Shown piece by piece: positions 62,279-64,000 of a DNA stretch of 64,000 bases; the first letter of the stretch is position 1, and every line of letters begins with the position of its first letter. The notes beneath the pieces were generated by a model. The model was not told the origin of the DNA. It did not search any database and was given only the letters and a program-made list of their open reading frames with translations. The position numbers and the translations under genes are program-made. Source of the DNA: an uncultured Acidobacteriota bacterium (GTDB lineage Bacteria; Acidobacteriota; Polarisedimenticolia; J045); assembly GCA_963702425.1 (NCBI GenBank), contig CAVPCQ010000011.1:256001-320000 (forward strand), written 5' to 3'.

Positions 62279-64000
62279 TTACCGACTTTGGTTGTCAAAG
62301 TTCGTTAGCGAACGATTGACTACGCGGCCCTGCTCCAATTCGATCACGCGATCGACGTGCTCGATCACCGTGCGCCGGTGCGAGATGATGATCACCGTCC
62401 GGCCGATCATGAACGGCTCCAGCGCTGCGAGCACATGCTGTTCGGTGATCGCGTCGAGGTTGGCGGTGGCTTCGTCGAGAATCAGGATCGGCGCGTTCTT
62501 CAGGATGGCGCGCGCGATGGCCAGGCGCTGACGTTCGCCGCCGCTCAAGAGCAGGCCATTCTCGCCGATGAGCGTATCATACTTCAGCGGCAAGCCCGCG
62601 ATGAAGTCGTGCAGCTGCGCCTGCCGGCACGCGTCGACGATCTGCTCGACGGTGGCGTCCGGGATTCGCCAGCAGCAGGTTGTCCGCGATAGTGGCATTG
62701 AATAGATGAATGTGTCTGCGGAACCACGCCCAATAGCGCGCGCACATCGTCGGCGCGATAAGTCCCGCAGATCGTGTCCGCCGATCGTGATCTGCCCCTC
62801 GTGATAATCCCAGAAGCGCAGCAACAAATTCACGATCGTCGATTTGCCCGATCCGCTCGATCCCACGATGGCGACGCGGCTGCCTGCCGGGATGGTGAAA
62901 CTCACGCCGTCGAGCGCCAGAGGATCGATCGGGTTGTAGCGGAAACGCACGTTGTCAAAGGCGATGTCCGTCATGGCGAGGAGCGCTAGTTTGCGACGAA
63001 GCAATCTCCTCGACCAGGAGCAGATTCGCTGCGCTCGTCCCTTGGACTCCTGCGCCATGACGCTGGCTCAGCCGGATCAGGCACTTCCGGCGCGGCATCG
63101 ATCAGCTCAAACAGGCGGCGCCCCGCGGCCTGGCTGGCCTCCAGTTGCTGCAGCGCCAGCGCCAACGGCTGCACGGCTTCAAAACTCGCGATGGCCGTGA
63201 GCGGCAGCAGCGCCAGATACACGCCCTCGATCTGGCCGCCGCTGACCAGCGGAATCGCCAGCCACAACACGGTGAGTCGCCGCCAGGCTGGTGAACAACA
63301 CCGCCAGCGCATTGCTCACGCCGCGCAGCATCGCCTGCTGTTCCTGCACGCGATTCGAGTCCGGCATTCAAGCGCAGCACTCTGGCGCGATGTTCCTGCG
63401 CCTGATCGAACGCCAGCAGATCGGCCAGGCCCTGAATCTCGTCGACCAGCATGGCGTTGAGTTCGGCCCGCGTGGCGATCAAGTGGCCCGCCGAGGTCTT
63501 GCCCAGCCAGCGCATCGTCAGCGGCAGCGCGACGCCCGTCAACAACAGGAAGATCAACAAGGCCAGCGCCAGTGTCCCATCGAACGAGCCCAGAATCAGG
63601 CAGGCCAGGATCACCACGCCCGCGGCGGCCAGCGGCGGCACCACCACGCGGATGTAGAAGTTCTCCAGCGTTTCGATGTCGGCCACGCTGCGCGCCAGCA
63701 GATCGCCGCTGCGATAGCCGCATCAAGCGCGCCGGGGCCAGCGGCTCGATCGCGCTGTAGAACCACACGCGCAGATGCGTCAAAATGCGGAACGTCGCCG
63801 TGTGCGAGAAGTAGCGCTCGAGATAGCGGAAGACCGCGCGCAGAATCGCAAACAGGCGCACGCTGGTGATCGCCAGCGACAACTCGGAGACGTCGGTGAC
63901 GAGCGCCGCTTTGGAAATGAGATAGGCCGACATGGCCATGAGGCCCACGCTGGAGCCGATGGTGACGAAGTTCAACAGCACGGCCAGCGCCACCCACCTC
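62279..64000 (-). CDS. cydC: Thiol reductant ABC exporter CydC (partial, frameshifted)
   Basis: [49 protein letters not shown] and LDEAT motifs. Confidence 0.88.

Overview
The window appears to be a composite of at least three unrelated high-GC fragments, with many single-base indels that break genes into several ORFs (probably long-read or metagenome errors). Segment A (1 to ~14897) is probably Acidobacteriota. It holds uvrA, a lipoprotein-folD-coaE operon, a dienelactone-hydrolase-like lipoprotein missing its catalytic triad, pyrE, and a polysaccharide export cluster (beta-barrel, short OPX/Wza, Wzc) cut at the Wzc Tyr-cluster. Segment B (~14898 to ~60398) is Acidobacteriota by 16S signature, likely Vicinamibacteria. 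It begins with a truncated M16 peptidase, purB-purF-purM-purN, a metallophosphoesterase, tyrS and a complete rrn operon (two sigma70 promoters, 16S-tRNAIle-tRNAAla-23S-5S). Next come an Na+/solute symporter, a large single-chain PurL, an aminotransferase-pckA pair, two TauE exporters and a deleted matC/matB/SGNH chimera. It ends with a tetraheme cytochrome c-NrfC-NrfD module, a CDF transporter, a dynamin-like GTPase, dus, amino-acid catabolism genes, a polyphosphate glucokinase with a basic tail and mop-modABC. Segment C (~60399-64000) has lower GC and a Chloroflexota-like gene set: an L,D-transpeptidase, a GH5/39-like glycoside hydrolase and a partial cydC. I found no CRISPR array, prophage or IS, and no clearly new multi-gene system. 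The best leads are a multi-hairpin RNA between the rrn promoters, dispersed intergenic heptamer arrays, the triad-less lipoprotein, the glucokinase tail, the apparent replacement of purSQL by a proteobacterial-type PurL, and an SD-sequestering hairpin ahead of mop-modABC.
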